64,000 bases of DNA. Source: Candidatus Latescibacterota bacterium. GTDB taxonomy: Bacteria > Latescibacterota > UBA2968. A program made the translations under genes and the position numbers. Below are positions 20,657 through 29,805 of the stretch, in pieces. The first letter of the stretch is position 1; each line of letters begins with the position of its first letter. The notes below the pieces were generated by a model that was given only the letters and a program-made list of their open reading frames with translations, was not told where the DNA came from and did no database searches. The stretch spans positions 4,320,001 through 4,384,000 of the forward strand of contig OZ242195.1 of assembly GCA_965205975.1 (NCBI GenBank), written 5' to 3'.

Positions 20657-22642
20657 TTACCAATGGTGAACCGAGTGCCCGCTGCCCGGGAACCAGATCG
20701 TATCTACTGTTGCCGAGATTGCCACGCCGAGGATGAATCCGACGAGGATACCGAGAAATAATGGCTGGCCTTTGCGGTATAGGGCGATGCCGCCGATTTG
20801 CAAGATGAGCAATTTGCACAGCCATACGAGAAAGATGGTGAAGATCGTTCCCCGCACGGCCTGGGTTTCCATGATGGCGAATCCAACCGGGTGCAAGGGC
20901 CACCAGGATACGCGATACCGCAAGAATGTCAATAGTGCCATTCCGGCTGCGCCAAAGCCGAAAAAGCCTATTCGCTTCCAGTCGGGGGAGTTAAAGGTTT
21001 GCATCTGTCGGATCCAGTAATCGAAGATCCGCGGGTGTGTGCGAAATTCAAATGCTCTGAAGTTATATGCGCCCGTTTCATAGCCCAGATACAGTGTGAA
21101 TGCGACTGATGAGATCGCGGCTGTAATGCCGGCTAATACGAGGGCAATCGCGACCATGCGTTTGCGTCCTTTTATGGCTGCTGTGATCCACGAGCAATGC
21201 GCCATGCTGGCCATGGCGAGGCTTTTGGCGTCTGTAAAGTACGCGAAAGAGAACGCAAAATTTGCCATGCTCGCCGCCGGGATATTCGCCGAGCCGAGGG
21301 TGTAGAGGGCGAAGGTCGGGGGCATCATGGAGCCGCGCAGATACACCAGTCCGCTTTCGGCAATGACGCGGGCGATGCCCACATATAATATGCCCATGCC
21401 GATTAAGAAGGGTACGATGACATACCAGGCCATGCCCGCGGTGTGTAGCCATCCGATGATGAATAATAACCCGGCCAGGCCACCTATGCCCGCGGTGCGA
21501 TAGGACATGAGTTCTTCGGCGTCGTCCGATTTTTTTCGTCCTCTGATGGCGTGCCATACGCCTTTGAGGTGTTCGCGTCCCATCCACAATCCCAGGCACA
21601 GCATACATGCGAGTGCGCCAAATGCCTGCCACGCATTGGCCGCGTGTGTTGAGGACCACAAGCCGGGTGTTCCAATGGTGTATCCGATGCGGTTAAAGGT
21701 ATAGACTTCGGCTACGACGAGTAAGTAAAAGAACCAGATTGAGAACAATACGTCCAGGCTGGTCCAGTAGGCAAATCCCGCGATGAAGAATTGTATTCCG
21801 ATATAGAAGTACCGGTCTGGAATATATCGACTGATGTGCAAAAATGTGACGCCGTCGCCTGCTCGGGTGATTGGTATTTTTGGGAAGTCGGGCATGAAAT
21901 ACGACAGGATATTCCAGCATATTACGGTGAGTGGAATTGCCATGCCGATCCAGAATGCCGGGCGTCCTACGAGGGGGGGCCATATTTTTTTGCTTTCTTC
22001 TCGTACGAGTTCCAACGCGACCTGTGCCGCGGGAAATGGCAGTTTTTCGTGTTCGGACCACTGCCGTCGCAAAATTACGGCGATGCACAAGCAGGTCCAG
22101 ATGATTGCGCCTGCAAATGCAAACCACCAGAATAGGGGAACGATCCAGACTTCCCACGGTATGGCATGACCGGGTGGCAGGCCTTCGAAGAAGAGGCGCA
22201 TAGCGCCGTTTTCATCTGTGGGGAATAACCAGTGCGGTAAATGCGGGTGCAGAAATTCGGACCATCGATTTTGCGCGGAGGCAAAATAATAGGGTGTTGC
22301 GAGGTGCCCCATGATCAGGCCGGTGAAATTCATGAGGGGGAATAGTGCGCCTACCAGCCCCATGGAGAAGACGACGGCCATTTCGAGGGGGGAAAATGCG
22401 GCGCGGGGCCAGAATTTTCGCAGGAGTACGTTCAGCCCCAGGGATAGCACTACAAATGGGATCATGAGTGCCATCGCCATGTAGCTGAATACCATCTGGT
22501 TGATGTGGATAACATATAGCCCATAGATGGGCCAGGTGTTTACGCTTATGACGAGTCCCAATCCCAGCAGGACACAACGCGCGGTTACGCGGTCGCGATT
22601 GGGCAGGGCTTCGGTGTTGTTTACAGGTTGCGCGAGTGCCAT
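20657..22642 (-). CDS. DUF6785/DUF6784-type polytopic membrane protein (putative transporter)
   Basis: RRQWSEHEKLPFP, DVLFSIWFFYL, WWPLHPVGF, PLFLGILVG; paralog at 41148. Confidence 0.75.
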   Translation of the reverse strand: MALAQPVNNTEALPNRDRVTARCVLLGLGLVISVNTWPIYGLYVIHINQMVFSYMAMALMIPFVVLSLGLNVLLRKFWPRAAFSPLEMAVVFSMGLVGALFPLMNFTGLIMGHLATPYYFASAQNRWSEFLHPHLPHWLFPTDENGAMRLFFEGLPPGHAIPWEVWIVPLFWWFAFAGAIIWTCLCIAVILRRQWSEHEKLPFPAAQVALELVREESKKIWPPLVGRPAFWIGMAIPLTVICWNILSYFMPDFPKIPITRAGDGVTFLHISRYIPDRYFYIGIQFFIAGFAYWTSLDVLFSIWFFYLLVVAEVYTFNRIGYTIGTPGLWSSTHAANAWQAFGALACMLCLGLWMGREHLKGVWHAIRGRKKSDDAEELMSYRTAGIGGLAGLLFIIGWLHTAGMAWYVIVPFLIGMGILYVGIARVIAESGLVYLRGSMMPPTFALYTLGSANIPAASMANFAFSFAYFTDAKSLAMASMAHCSWITAAIKGRKRMVAIALVLAGITAAISSVAFTLYLGYETGAYNFRAFEFRTHPRIFDYWIRQMQTFNSPDWKRIGFFGFGAAGMALLTFLRYRVSWWPLHPVGFAIMETQAVRGTIFTIFLVWLCKLLILQIGGIALYRKGQPLFLGILVGFILGVAISATVDTIWFPGSGHSVHHW

Positions 22643-22666
22643 GAGATGCAGTGCTCCTGAATGAAT

Positions 22667-24064
22667 CTATCGCTCTTCACTCAGCGTTAAGCGCAAGATC
22701 GCATCGGGCTGGTTGAGGACTACGTACACTGCGCCATCTGGTCCGGATATAGCTTCGCGTACCCGTCCCGCATTTTTGAGGATTACTTCTTCGTGCATCA
22801 CGCGATCTCCGTCAATGGAGAGTACCCGCACATCTTCGTATTTCAGAGATGCCACGAGCAATTTGTTTTGCCATTTGGGAAACATGTTGCCCTGGTAAAA
22901 GTTGATGCCGCAGATGGCGATGGATGGTCTCCAGTAGAGGGTTGGTTGTTCCATTCCGGGTTGGCTTGCGCGATCGGATACGATTGTGCCGTTGTAGTTG
23001 AGGCCGTAGGTGATTTCGGGCCATCCGTAGTTTTTTCCTCTGGCAACGACGTTGAGTTCGTCACCGCCCATTGGTCCGTGTTCGCCGTCCCATATTTTTC
23101 CGGTGACTGGATTGACTGCCATGCCCTGGGGATTGCGATGGCCATAGGAATAGATGGTTTTGAGGGTGCCTTCCTGACTCACGAAGGGATTGTCTTTGGG
23201 GATGCGTCCGTCTGTGTGGATGCGGTGGACTTTGCCGTTTGGTCGGGTCAAGTCCTGTGCCTGGTTTTGCACGCCCCGGTCTCCTATTGCAAAGTAGAGG
23301 TACCCGTCTGCGTCGAATACGATGCGAGTGCCGTAGTGATGCCGGGTGGTGAGATAGGTTTCATGCGGGGCTTCGTAGATTACTTGTTGGTTGACCCATG
23401 TGTTGTTCCTGATGTGGCCGCGCACGATGCGGGTCATTGCAGGGGTCCGGCGCTGCCCTTCAATGTGGGCGATTTCATGGCTGTAGGCGAGGTAGATCCA
23501 GCCGTTTTCAGAGTAATTCGGGTCTATTGCCACGTCCATTAATCCGCCCTGGCCTTCGTGAACCACCTGGGGCGTTCCCGCAACGGGGTCGAGGAGTTGT
23601 CCGTTTTTTACCATTCGCAGTGTGCCCGGACGTTCGGTAATCAGTGCTGTTTGTGGGTCGATGAAGTCGATTCCCCAGGGGATTTGCAGGTCCTGGACCC
23701 AGATATCGACATTTATGTCGTAGTCGAGTGTTTGTACAAAGTCGGGTGGCGGGGGTTTGGGTTGTCCCACTTCTTTTTCTTGTTGTTCGATAAAATCTAC
23801 GATCATCGCGATTTGTCTGTTCGTGAGCTGTTTTTCATAGCCGGGCATGCCCAGATCGGTGAGTCCATTTTTGATGTTGCGGATGCGATAGCCGCGTCCG
23901 TCTCCGTATTTCCAGATGCCATCCACCATGCTCGGTGCATTGCCTCCTTTCAGGTCGGGACCGTGACACTGCGCGCAATATGTCGCGTACAGGGCTTTTC
24001 CGTCCTGTGCAAATACCGGATGATGTACGAAGCTCAAGATACAGATTAGGATAAGGTGTTTCAT
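22667..24064 (-). CDS. cytochrome c + PQQ-dependent sugar (glucose/sorbosone) dehydrogenase fusion
   Basis: Signal peptide, CAQCH heme motif, GQGGLMDVAIDP, YSYGHRNPQG, EHGPMGGDELN, NYGWP. Confidence 0.88.
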   Translation of the reverse strand: MKHLILICILSFVHHPVFAQDGKALYATYCAQCHGPDLKGGNAPSMVDGIWKYGDGRGYRIRNIKNGLTDLGMPGYEKQLTNRQIAMIVDFIEQQEKEVGQPKPPPPDFVQTLDYDINVDIWVQDLQIPWGIDFIDPQTALITERPGTLRMVKNGQLLDPVAGTPQVVHEGQGGLMDVAIDPNYSENGWIYLAYSHEIAHIEGQRRTPAMTRIVRGHIRNNTWVNQQVIYEAPHETYLTTRHHYGTRIVFDADGYLYFAIGDRGVQNQAQDLTRPNGKVHRIHTDGRIPKDNPFVSQEGTLKTIYSYGHRNPQGMAVNPVTGKIWDGEHGPMGGDELNVVARGKNYGWPEITYGLNYNGTIVSDRASQPGMEQPTLYWRPSIAICGINFYQGNMFPKWQNKLLVASLKYEDVRVLSIDGDRVMHEEVILKNAGRVREAISGPDGAVYVVLNQPDAILRLTLSEER

Positions 24065-24086
24065 GCGTTTTCTCCAATTTGGAAAA

Positions 24087-25265
24087 TCAGGATAAGAGAG
24101 GCGCGAGTTCGCGGGCGAGCAGTCGCTCGAGGCTGGGTTTGATGTGCCAGAAGTCGCGCAGGGTGCGATACTCCTGAACGAGGGTTGGATCATTTTTTCG
24201 GGAGGTTTTTTTTGCGCGGATGAGGATGTTTTTGGGCGTGTGTTTGGAGTCGATAAATTCTATGAGTTCGGTGCGATAGCCCAGTATGCGCAGGATTTGT
24301 GCGCGGCAGGCGTCGGTGAGGATGTCAGCGGTGCGCCCTTTGAGGATGCCGTGTGCCATTACGGGTGCGAAGACAGATGCGTCGAGTTGTGGGCGCAGTT
24401 CGTGCTGGCAGCAGGGTGCTGCGAGGATGACGGGGCTGTTCCACTGTACGGCGCGGGCAATGGCGTCGTCGGTTGCTGTGTCGCAGGCGTGCAGGCTAAA
24501 GACGATGTCGGGCGGTGTTTGGAGGGCGAAGTCGGCGATGCTGGAATTGTGAAAGGCGAGGTCTGTCCAGCCGAGGTCACGGGCGAGGGTGCGACATTTG
24601 GCGATGAGGGACGGGTTGTGGTCAATGCCGATGAGTCGCGCGGGGATGTTCTGTATGTTGTTCAGGTAGTGATACGCTGCGAATGTGAGATACGCGTTGC
24701 CGCACCCGCAGTCTATGAGGGTGAGGGGGCGATTTGTTTCTGGTATGACGGGTTGTAAGTGGTGGAGAAAGGCGTTGATTTGTTTGAATTTGTCGCGCAT
24801 GGATGCGCGTACGCGCCCGTTGTGATCCATGATGCCGAGGCTCTGTAGAAAGGTGTCGGGACGGTTGTCGGATAGGGGGTGGTGTTTGACGCGGTTGTGC
24901 GAGAGAGTGGGTTGGGTATCTGGACGCGAGGGTTTTGCGCGTTTGAACAGTGCGCGGCCTTTTTTTGTGATGCGAATGTGGAGGTCTTCTCGGCTGGTTT
25001 GTACGTGGATTTGCGTGAAGGGTAGGGCGAGTAGTTCATCGAGCGCGGTGTTCGCGTCGGTCAATGGGATGTTTTCCGTGATGTCTTGCGTGCGGCTATA
25101 TCGCGCGATCTGGAGGTGGGGCGCGTTTTTGATCTGGACCAGGCGGACGGCGATTTTGTTACAGGTAGTGCCGCGACGCGGATGGCTCAGGGTAAGCCTG
25201 AGAAAGGTTTCGGGGTTTGATACCGCATTGAGTATGGCGGTTTTGTAATTTGTTTCACACCGCAT
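24087..25265 (-). CDS. class I SAM-dependent methyltransferase
   Basis: DCGCGNAYLTF, SLHACDTATD, APCCQHE, HTPKN. Confidence 0.88.
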   Translation of the reverse strand: MRCETNYKTAILNAVSNPETFLRLTLSHPRRGTTCNKIAVRLVQIKNAPHLQIARYSRTQDITENIPLTDANTALDELLALPFTQIHVQTSREDLHIRITKKGRALFKRAKPSRPDTQPTLSHNRVKHHPLSDNRPDTFLQSLGIMDHNGRVRASMRDKFKQINAFLHHLQPVIPETNRPLTLIDCGCGNAYLTFAAYHYLNNIQNIPARLIGIDHNPSLIAKCRTLARDLGWTDLAFHNSSIADFALQTPPDIVFSLHACDTATDDAIARAVQWNSPVILAAPCCQHELRPQLDASVFAPVMAHGILKGRTADILTDACRAQILRILGYRTELIEFIDSKHTPKNILIRAKKTSRKNDPTLVQEYRTLRDFWHIKPSLERLLARELAPLLS

Positions 25266-26382
25266 ACGCGATTGATCCGTCCTCTCGTCTCGGTGTATTG
25301 ACTTTGGTCAAGGGGGCAAAGGGCGTGTCGGGGATTTTGGCGTCGTCGAGTTCAACGCCAAGGCCAGGTGCTTCGGGAAGGGGGATATAACCGCCTTCGC
25401 GTTTGTGCGCGCATTTGTACACGGCGTTGCGTTCGCTTTCGTCGTTTTTGGAGTATTCCTGTGTGATGAAGTTGGGAATGCTGGCGTCGAGGTGTAAGGA
25501 TGCGGCTGTGCCCAGGGGACTGAGAAAGTTGTGGGTGACGACCGCGCAGTGATAGGATTCGGCAATGGCGGCGATTTTTTTGCAGTGGGTCAGGCCTCCT
25601 GCCAGGGCTATGTCCGGGCGCACGTATTGGGGTCCGCCGTGTTCGAGGAGTTCGCGAAATTCCCATATTGAGGTGAAGCGCTCGCCATTGCCCAGGGGTA
25701 CGGGGATGCGTTTGGCGATTTCTGCCTGGGTGGTGATGGTGTCTATCTGGATGGGGTCTTCCATGAAGTAGAGGTGATAGGGGATAAGGGCTTCGCCCAG
25801 GGCTACGGCGACCATTGGGGTAAGTTTGCGGTGGATTTCGACGATGAGATCCACATCGGGTCCGGCGGCTTCGCGAGCTGCGGCGACGATTTCGACGGCG
25901 TTTTTTATGATGCGCGATTGCGCCTGGTTCTGGTACCCGGCTGTGATGGGATCAAATTTGATGGCGGTGAAGCCTTCGGCAACAGCGGCTTTTGCGTTTT
26001 TATACATTTGTTCGGGTGTGGGTCCGCCCGCGAGCAGGTGCAGGCGAATTTTGTCACGGCAGTTGCCGCCGAGGAGTTCCCAGACCGGGACTTGAAAGTG
26101 TTTGCCTTTGATGTCGTACAGGGCGATGTCCATTGCGCTGACTGCGCCGCAGAGCGCGGTGCCGCGAAAGGGTGCCATGCGGTAGAGGTGCTGCCAGTGG
26201 TGTTCAATGCGCATGGGGTTTTGTCCGATGAGATATTCTTTGAAGACTTTGGCTATGGATTGGATGGCTTCGGGATAGCCCCAGCAGGCAGAGGTTCCAA
26301 TGCCGGAGATGCCGGTGTCGGTGGTGAGGCGGACGACATAGCTGTTGCCGAGCAGGAAGTGTTCGACCTGGTCGATTTTCAT
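25255..26382 (-). CDS. mandelate racemase/galactonate dehydratase-like enolase-superfamily enzyme
   Basis: SAMDIALYDIKGK, PVWELLGG, KFDP, EDP, GER, GGLTHCKKIAAIAE, PGLGVE. Confidence 0.9.
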   Translation of the reverse strand: MKIDQVEHFLLGNSYVVRLTTDTGISGIGTSACWGYPEAIQSIAKVFKEYLIGQNPMRIEHHWQHLYRMAPFRGTALCGAVSAMDIALYDIKGKHFQVPVWELLGGNCRDKIRLHLLAGGPTPEQMYKNAKAAVAEGFTAIKFDPITAGYQNQAQSRIIKNAVEIVAAAREAAGPDVDLIVEIHRKLTPMVAVALGEALIPYHLYFMEDPIQIDTITTQAEIAKRIPVPLGNGERFTSIWEFRELLEHGGPQYVRPDIALAGGLTHCKKIAAIAESYHCAVVTHNFLSPLGTAASLHLDASIPNFITQEYSKNDESERNAVYKCAHKREGGYIPLPEAPGLGVELDDAKIPDTPFAPLTKVNTPRREDGSIAYAV

Positions 26383-26473
26383 GGATATGCTCCTGTTAAG
26401 AATTAAAAGTTAGAAATTAAGACTACAACGCTAAAACAAATTTGACCGTCAATATACCTGTGAGTTTGCCTCT

Positions 26474-26533
26474 GATCGCGGCAGGGATGCCGCTCCAACA
26501 GGCGTATTGTAGGAGGGAAATCCTTTTCCCGAT
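26474..26533. repeat. degenerate GTAG-type REP doublet (second sub-family)
   Basis: Reverse complement GTTGGAGCGGCATCCCTGCCGCGAT plus GTAGGAGGGAAATCCTTTTCCCGAT. Confidence 0.65.
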
Positions 26534-26599
26534 TCTGATCTTATTGGATTATATTAACCGATGAGACGATAATGGGCAATAGAATACGAGGAGGGTGAG

Positions 26600-27358
26600 A
26601 TGTCGAATTTGCGTTTTGCAGCGGAGAAGGAACGGCGGGTTGCGCTTGTTACAGGGGGTGCGCGGGGTATTGGTGGAGCAACGGCGGTTCGGATTGCAGA
26701 GGAGGGGCGGGATGTTGTGATTGCCGATGTTCTGGCAAGAGAGGGGGCGGAGATGGTTGAAAAGATTGAGGCATTGGGACAGCAGGCGATGTTTGTGGAG
26801 ACTGATGTGACGGATGAGGCTGCTGTTCAGGCGTGTGTGGCACAGGCGGTTGCGCGTTTTGGGAGATTGGATATTCTGGTGTGTTGTGCCGGTGTTTTGG
26901 GATGGGAGAAGCCGTTTTTTGAGCAGCCCGTGGCGCAGTTTGATAAGGTGATGCGTATCAATGTGTACGGGGTTTATCATTTTCATCAGGCTGCAATTCC
27001 CCATATGCTCGCAGGGGGTTGGGGGCGCTGTGTGACGATTACTTCGGGTGCGCGAAATGGCAGTCCAAATCAGGTGCCGTATTCGGTGTCGAAGGGGGCT
27101 GTGTATTCATTTATCGGCGCGCTAGGTAATGCGTATTGCAAACAGGGTGTGTTTGTCAATGGCGTGGAGCCGGGGCGGGCGTTGACGGATATGGTGGTGC
27201 CGAGGTTTTCGCCCGAGTATATTGCCAGTCCCCCGGGGCAGGCGATGGGGCGGTATTCGGATCCGGAGGAGGTGGCTGAGGTGATCGAGTTTTTGTGTTC
27301 TGAGCGCAATACTTATACGTCGGGTTCGGTTTGGAGTGTGAAGGGGGGGAGAGGATAG
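26600..27358 (+). CDS. short-chain dehydrogenase/reductase
   Basis: TGGARGIG, YSVSK (YxxxK), VNGVEPG. Confidence 0.92.
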   Translation: MSNLRFAAEKERRVALVTGGARGIGGATAVRIAEEGRDVVIADVLAREGAEMVEKIEALGQQAMFVETDVTDEAAVQACVAQAVARFGRLDILVCCAGVLGWEKPFFEQPVAQFDKVMRINVYGVYHFHQAAIPHMLAGGWGRCVTITSGARNGSPNQVPYSVSKGAVYSFIGALGNAYCKQGVFVNGVEPGRALTDMVVPRFSPEYIASPPGQAMGRYSDPEEVAEVIEFLCSERNTYTSGSVWSVKGGRG

Positions 27359-27496
27359 AAGTGTGAAGTAGGAAGTGTGAAGTGAGAAAAACTGGACGCC
27401 TGCTTAAAGCATGCAGGCGTGACGAGCGGCCGATTGTCATCGCGGCATGGGTTCCCTGCTCAACACCATGCAGGGACATGCTTGAGCCGCGATCCA
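27359..27496. repeat. heptamer tract followed by a TGGA...TGAC palindrome doublet with a nested third copy
   Basis: aagtgtg aagtagg aagtgtg aagtgag; 27393-27423 TGGACGCCTGC-TTAAAGCAT-GCAGGCGTGAC; 27436-27496 GTCATCGCGGCATGG[insert]CTTGAGCCGCGATCCA. Confidence 0.75.
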
Positions 27497-27515
27497 GTGT
27501 TTGTAGGGACAGGGA

Positions 27516-28790
27516 TTATTGGGTTACGGAGGCATGCCACTCATTAAGGCGGGTGAGGAGGTCGCTGGTGAGGTCGGGTTCGTCGCCTGCGATGTTGGTG
27601 GTTTCGTTGGGATCGGTGTCGAGGTTGGAGAGGTGTATTTCGTTTTGGTCGATGAGGAGTTTGTAGCGGTCGCGTTGAATCACACGGGTGTTGCCTTTGG
27701 GTCCTTGTGTCCAGAAGAGGTCGCCGTGCTGTGAGGGGGCGTTGTCGGCGATCATTGGGATAATGTCCGTGCCGTCGAGGTTGTATTGTTCGGGGTCGCC
27801 ACCTGCGGCGGTGAGGATGGTGGGGAAGATGTCCATGCCGATGCCGATTTCGTCGATGGTTTTTCCGCCCTGTACGCGTGCGGGCCAGCTCATGAGGGTG
27901 GGGACGCGAATGCCGCCTTCCCAGAGGGTGCCTTTGTGTCCGCGCAGGCCACCTGTGTCGCCGCCGGGATAGGGGAGGTCTGTGCCGTCGGTCCAGTTGC
28001 GCGGTTCGCGCGAGGGGCCGTGATCGGGTTGAAAGAAGATGCAGGTGTTGTCAAAGAGGTCCAGTCGCTCGAGTTCGTCGAGGATTTTGCCGATGGCGTC
28101 GTCCATGACGGTGAGCATGGCGGTCATGAGTTGTCGCGAGCGAGATAGATGGGCATAGCGTTCCATGTATTCTTCTGGCGCGTGCAGGGGATAGTGCGGG
28201 GTGTTGAATGGGATGTACATGAAGAAGGGTTGTCCATCGTTTTTGGCTTTTTGGATGTATTCAATGGCTTTGTCGCGCATGAGATCGACGAAGTAGGTGC
28301 CGTTGCGATACACTTCTCTGCCGTCTTCCCAGAGGTCGTGCCGCGCCTGGTTTTTCGAGGATAGTGCCCAGTAGAAGATGTGCGAGTAGTAGTCGATACA
28401 GCCGTTGGTGAAGCCAAACCAGTGGTCAAAGCCGTGGTTGTGCGGCAAGAAGGGTTCGCGGTTGCCCAGGTGCCATTTGCCCGACATATAAGTTTGATAG
28501 CCCAGTTTTTTGAGTGCTTTGGGAATGGTGGGCAAGTCCGGTGACAGGCCGTCGGCATCTACGCCTACGTTGCCGGGTATGCCCGCGGCAATGGGATAGC
28601 GCCCGGTGAGTATGCCGCAGCGCCCGGCGGAGCAGATGGGGGCATTGGAGTACCAGCGGGTGAGTTTGGCTCCCCGAGATGCGATGCGGTCAAAGTTGGG
28701 GGTTTGGAAGTCGGTCGCGCCCATGCAAGAGAGGTCGCGGTGTCCCTGATCGTCACTCATGAATACGATGAAGTTGGGCTTGTCAGACAT
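27516..28790 (-). CDS. formylglycine-dependent sulfatase family hydrolase
   Basis: PNFIVFMSDDQG, CSAGRCGILTGRY, GKWHLG, PHYPL, DHG, KGTLWEGGIRVP. Confidence 0.93.
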   Translation of the reverse strand: MSDKPNFIVFMSDDQGHRDLSCMGATDFQTPNFDRIASRGAKLTRWYSNAPICSAGRCGILTGRYPIAAGIPGNVGVDADGLSPDLPTIPKALKKLGYQTYMSGKWHLGNREPFLPHNHGFDHWFGFTNGCIDYYSHIFYWALSSKNQARHDLWEDGREVYRNGTYFVDLMRDKAIEYIQKAKNDGQPFFMYIPFNTPHYPLHAPEEYMERYAHLSRSRQLMTAMLTVMDDAIGKILDELERLDLFDNTCIFFQPDHGPSREPRNWTDGTDLPYPGGDTGGLRGHKGTLWEGGIRVPTLMSWPARVQGGKTIDEIGIGMDIFPTILTAAGGDPEQYNLDGTDIIPMIADNAPSQHGDLFWTQGPKGNTRVIQRDRYKLLIDQNEIHLSNLDTDPNETTNIAGDEPDLTSDLLTRLNEWHASVTQ

Positions 28791-28800
28791 GGAGGTTCCT

Positions 28801-29799
28801 TTAAGATGTTTGGGTGTCTCGAAATCGCTTTGCGATTTGTTCGGGCGAGGCCGTACCGGTTGTGCCGATTTGTTGTATGGTGATGGATGAGGCCAATACG
28901 CCTATTTGAGCGGCGTCGGATAGTGATGCGCCAGCACAAAGGGCGGAGACCACAGATGCCGAGACGCTGTCGCCTGCGCCAACTATATCAATGGGGGGCG
29001 GAACTTTTATACCGGGAATATGCGTGAGATTTTCGTTGTTGGCAACGAGAATGCCGTCGGGTCCAAGGGTGATGAAGACGGGTTTGCCGGTGCGCTGGGA
29101 AAAGATGCGGGCACATTGGTTGAGGTCGCGTTCTCCCGTGGCGTGAATGGCTTCGTCGCGGTTGGCTTTGAGTATGACGTTTTTGAAGTTGGTGATGCGG
29201 GTGCGGGAGTCGGCAAAGCAGATGGTGCTGGGATGGGGTTTGGAGAGGCTTGCGAGTTCGGCGACGACGCGATCTGTGAGTACGCCGCAGTTGGGTTCCT
29301 GTACCTGGTCGAGGGCTATGACGCCATCTACCTGGGGGAGGAGATGGCGCAGGGTTTTGATGAGTTGATTTTCGAGGTCGAGGGGTAATGGCGTTCGATT
29401 TTTTATGTCCAGGCGTTCCATTTCAGCGCCTGTTTTTTTGTTTACGAGTTTGGTATAAGTCGGGGTGAAGCGGTCGGGTGTTTCGATGAGGTGGGTGATA
29501 TCTACACCCGTGGCGCGCAGTCCCTGTTTGAGGTCATAGCCCTGACCGTCGCGACCGATTACGCCCAGGGCATAGATATGTCCAATGCCGAGGGTGCTGA
29601 GGTTGGAGGTGATGGTGCCGGCTGCGCCGGGCTGGTTGCGAATGGCGATTATTTGGCGCGCTTCAAGGCCGGTTTCGATGGATGTTTCGGCGAGGTCGGG
29701 GTCCGTGATGAGATAGCGGTCCAGGAAGTAGTCGCCGATGACCAGGATGGCGCGGTTGCGGAATTTGGAGAGGATGTGGTTCAGGGTTTTGAGGGTCAT
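28801..29799 (-). CDS. PfkB family carbohydrate kinase (RfaE/HldE kinase-like)
   Basis: ILVIGDYFLDRY, PGAAG, DIVGAGD. Confidence 0.88.
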   Translation of the reverse strand: MTLKTLNHILSKFRNRAILVIGDYFLDRYLITDPDLAETSIETGLEARQIIAIRNQPGAAGTITSNLSTLGIGHIYALGVIGRDGQGYDLKQGLRATGVDITHLIETPDRFTPTYTKLVNKKTGAEMERLDIKNRTPLPLDLENQLIKTLRHLLPQVDGVIALDQVQEPNCGVLTDRVVAELASLSKPHPSTICFADSRTRITNFKNVILKANRDEAIHATGERDLNQCARIFSQRTGKPVFITLGPDGILVANNENLTHIPGIKVPPPIDIVGAGDSVSASVVSALCAGASLSDAAQIGVLASSITIQQIGTTGTASPEQIAKRFRDTQTS

Positions 29800-29805
29800 T
29801 AAATC

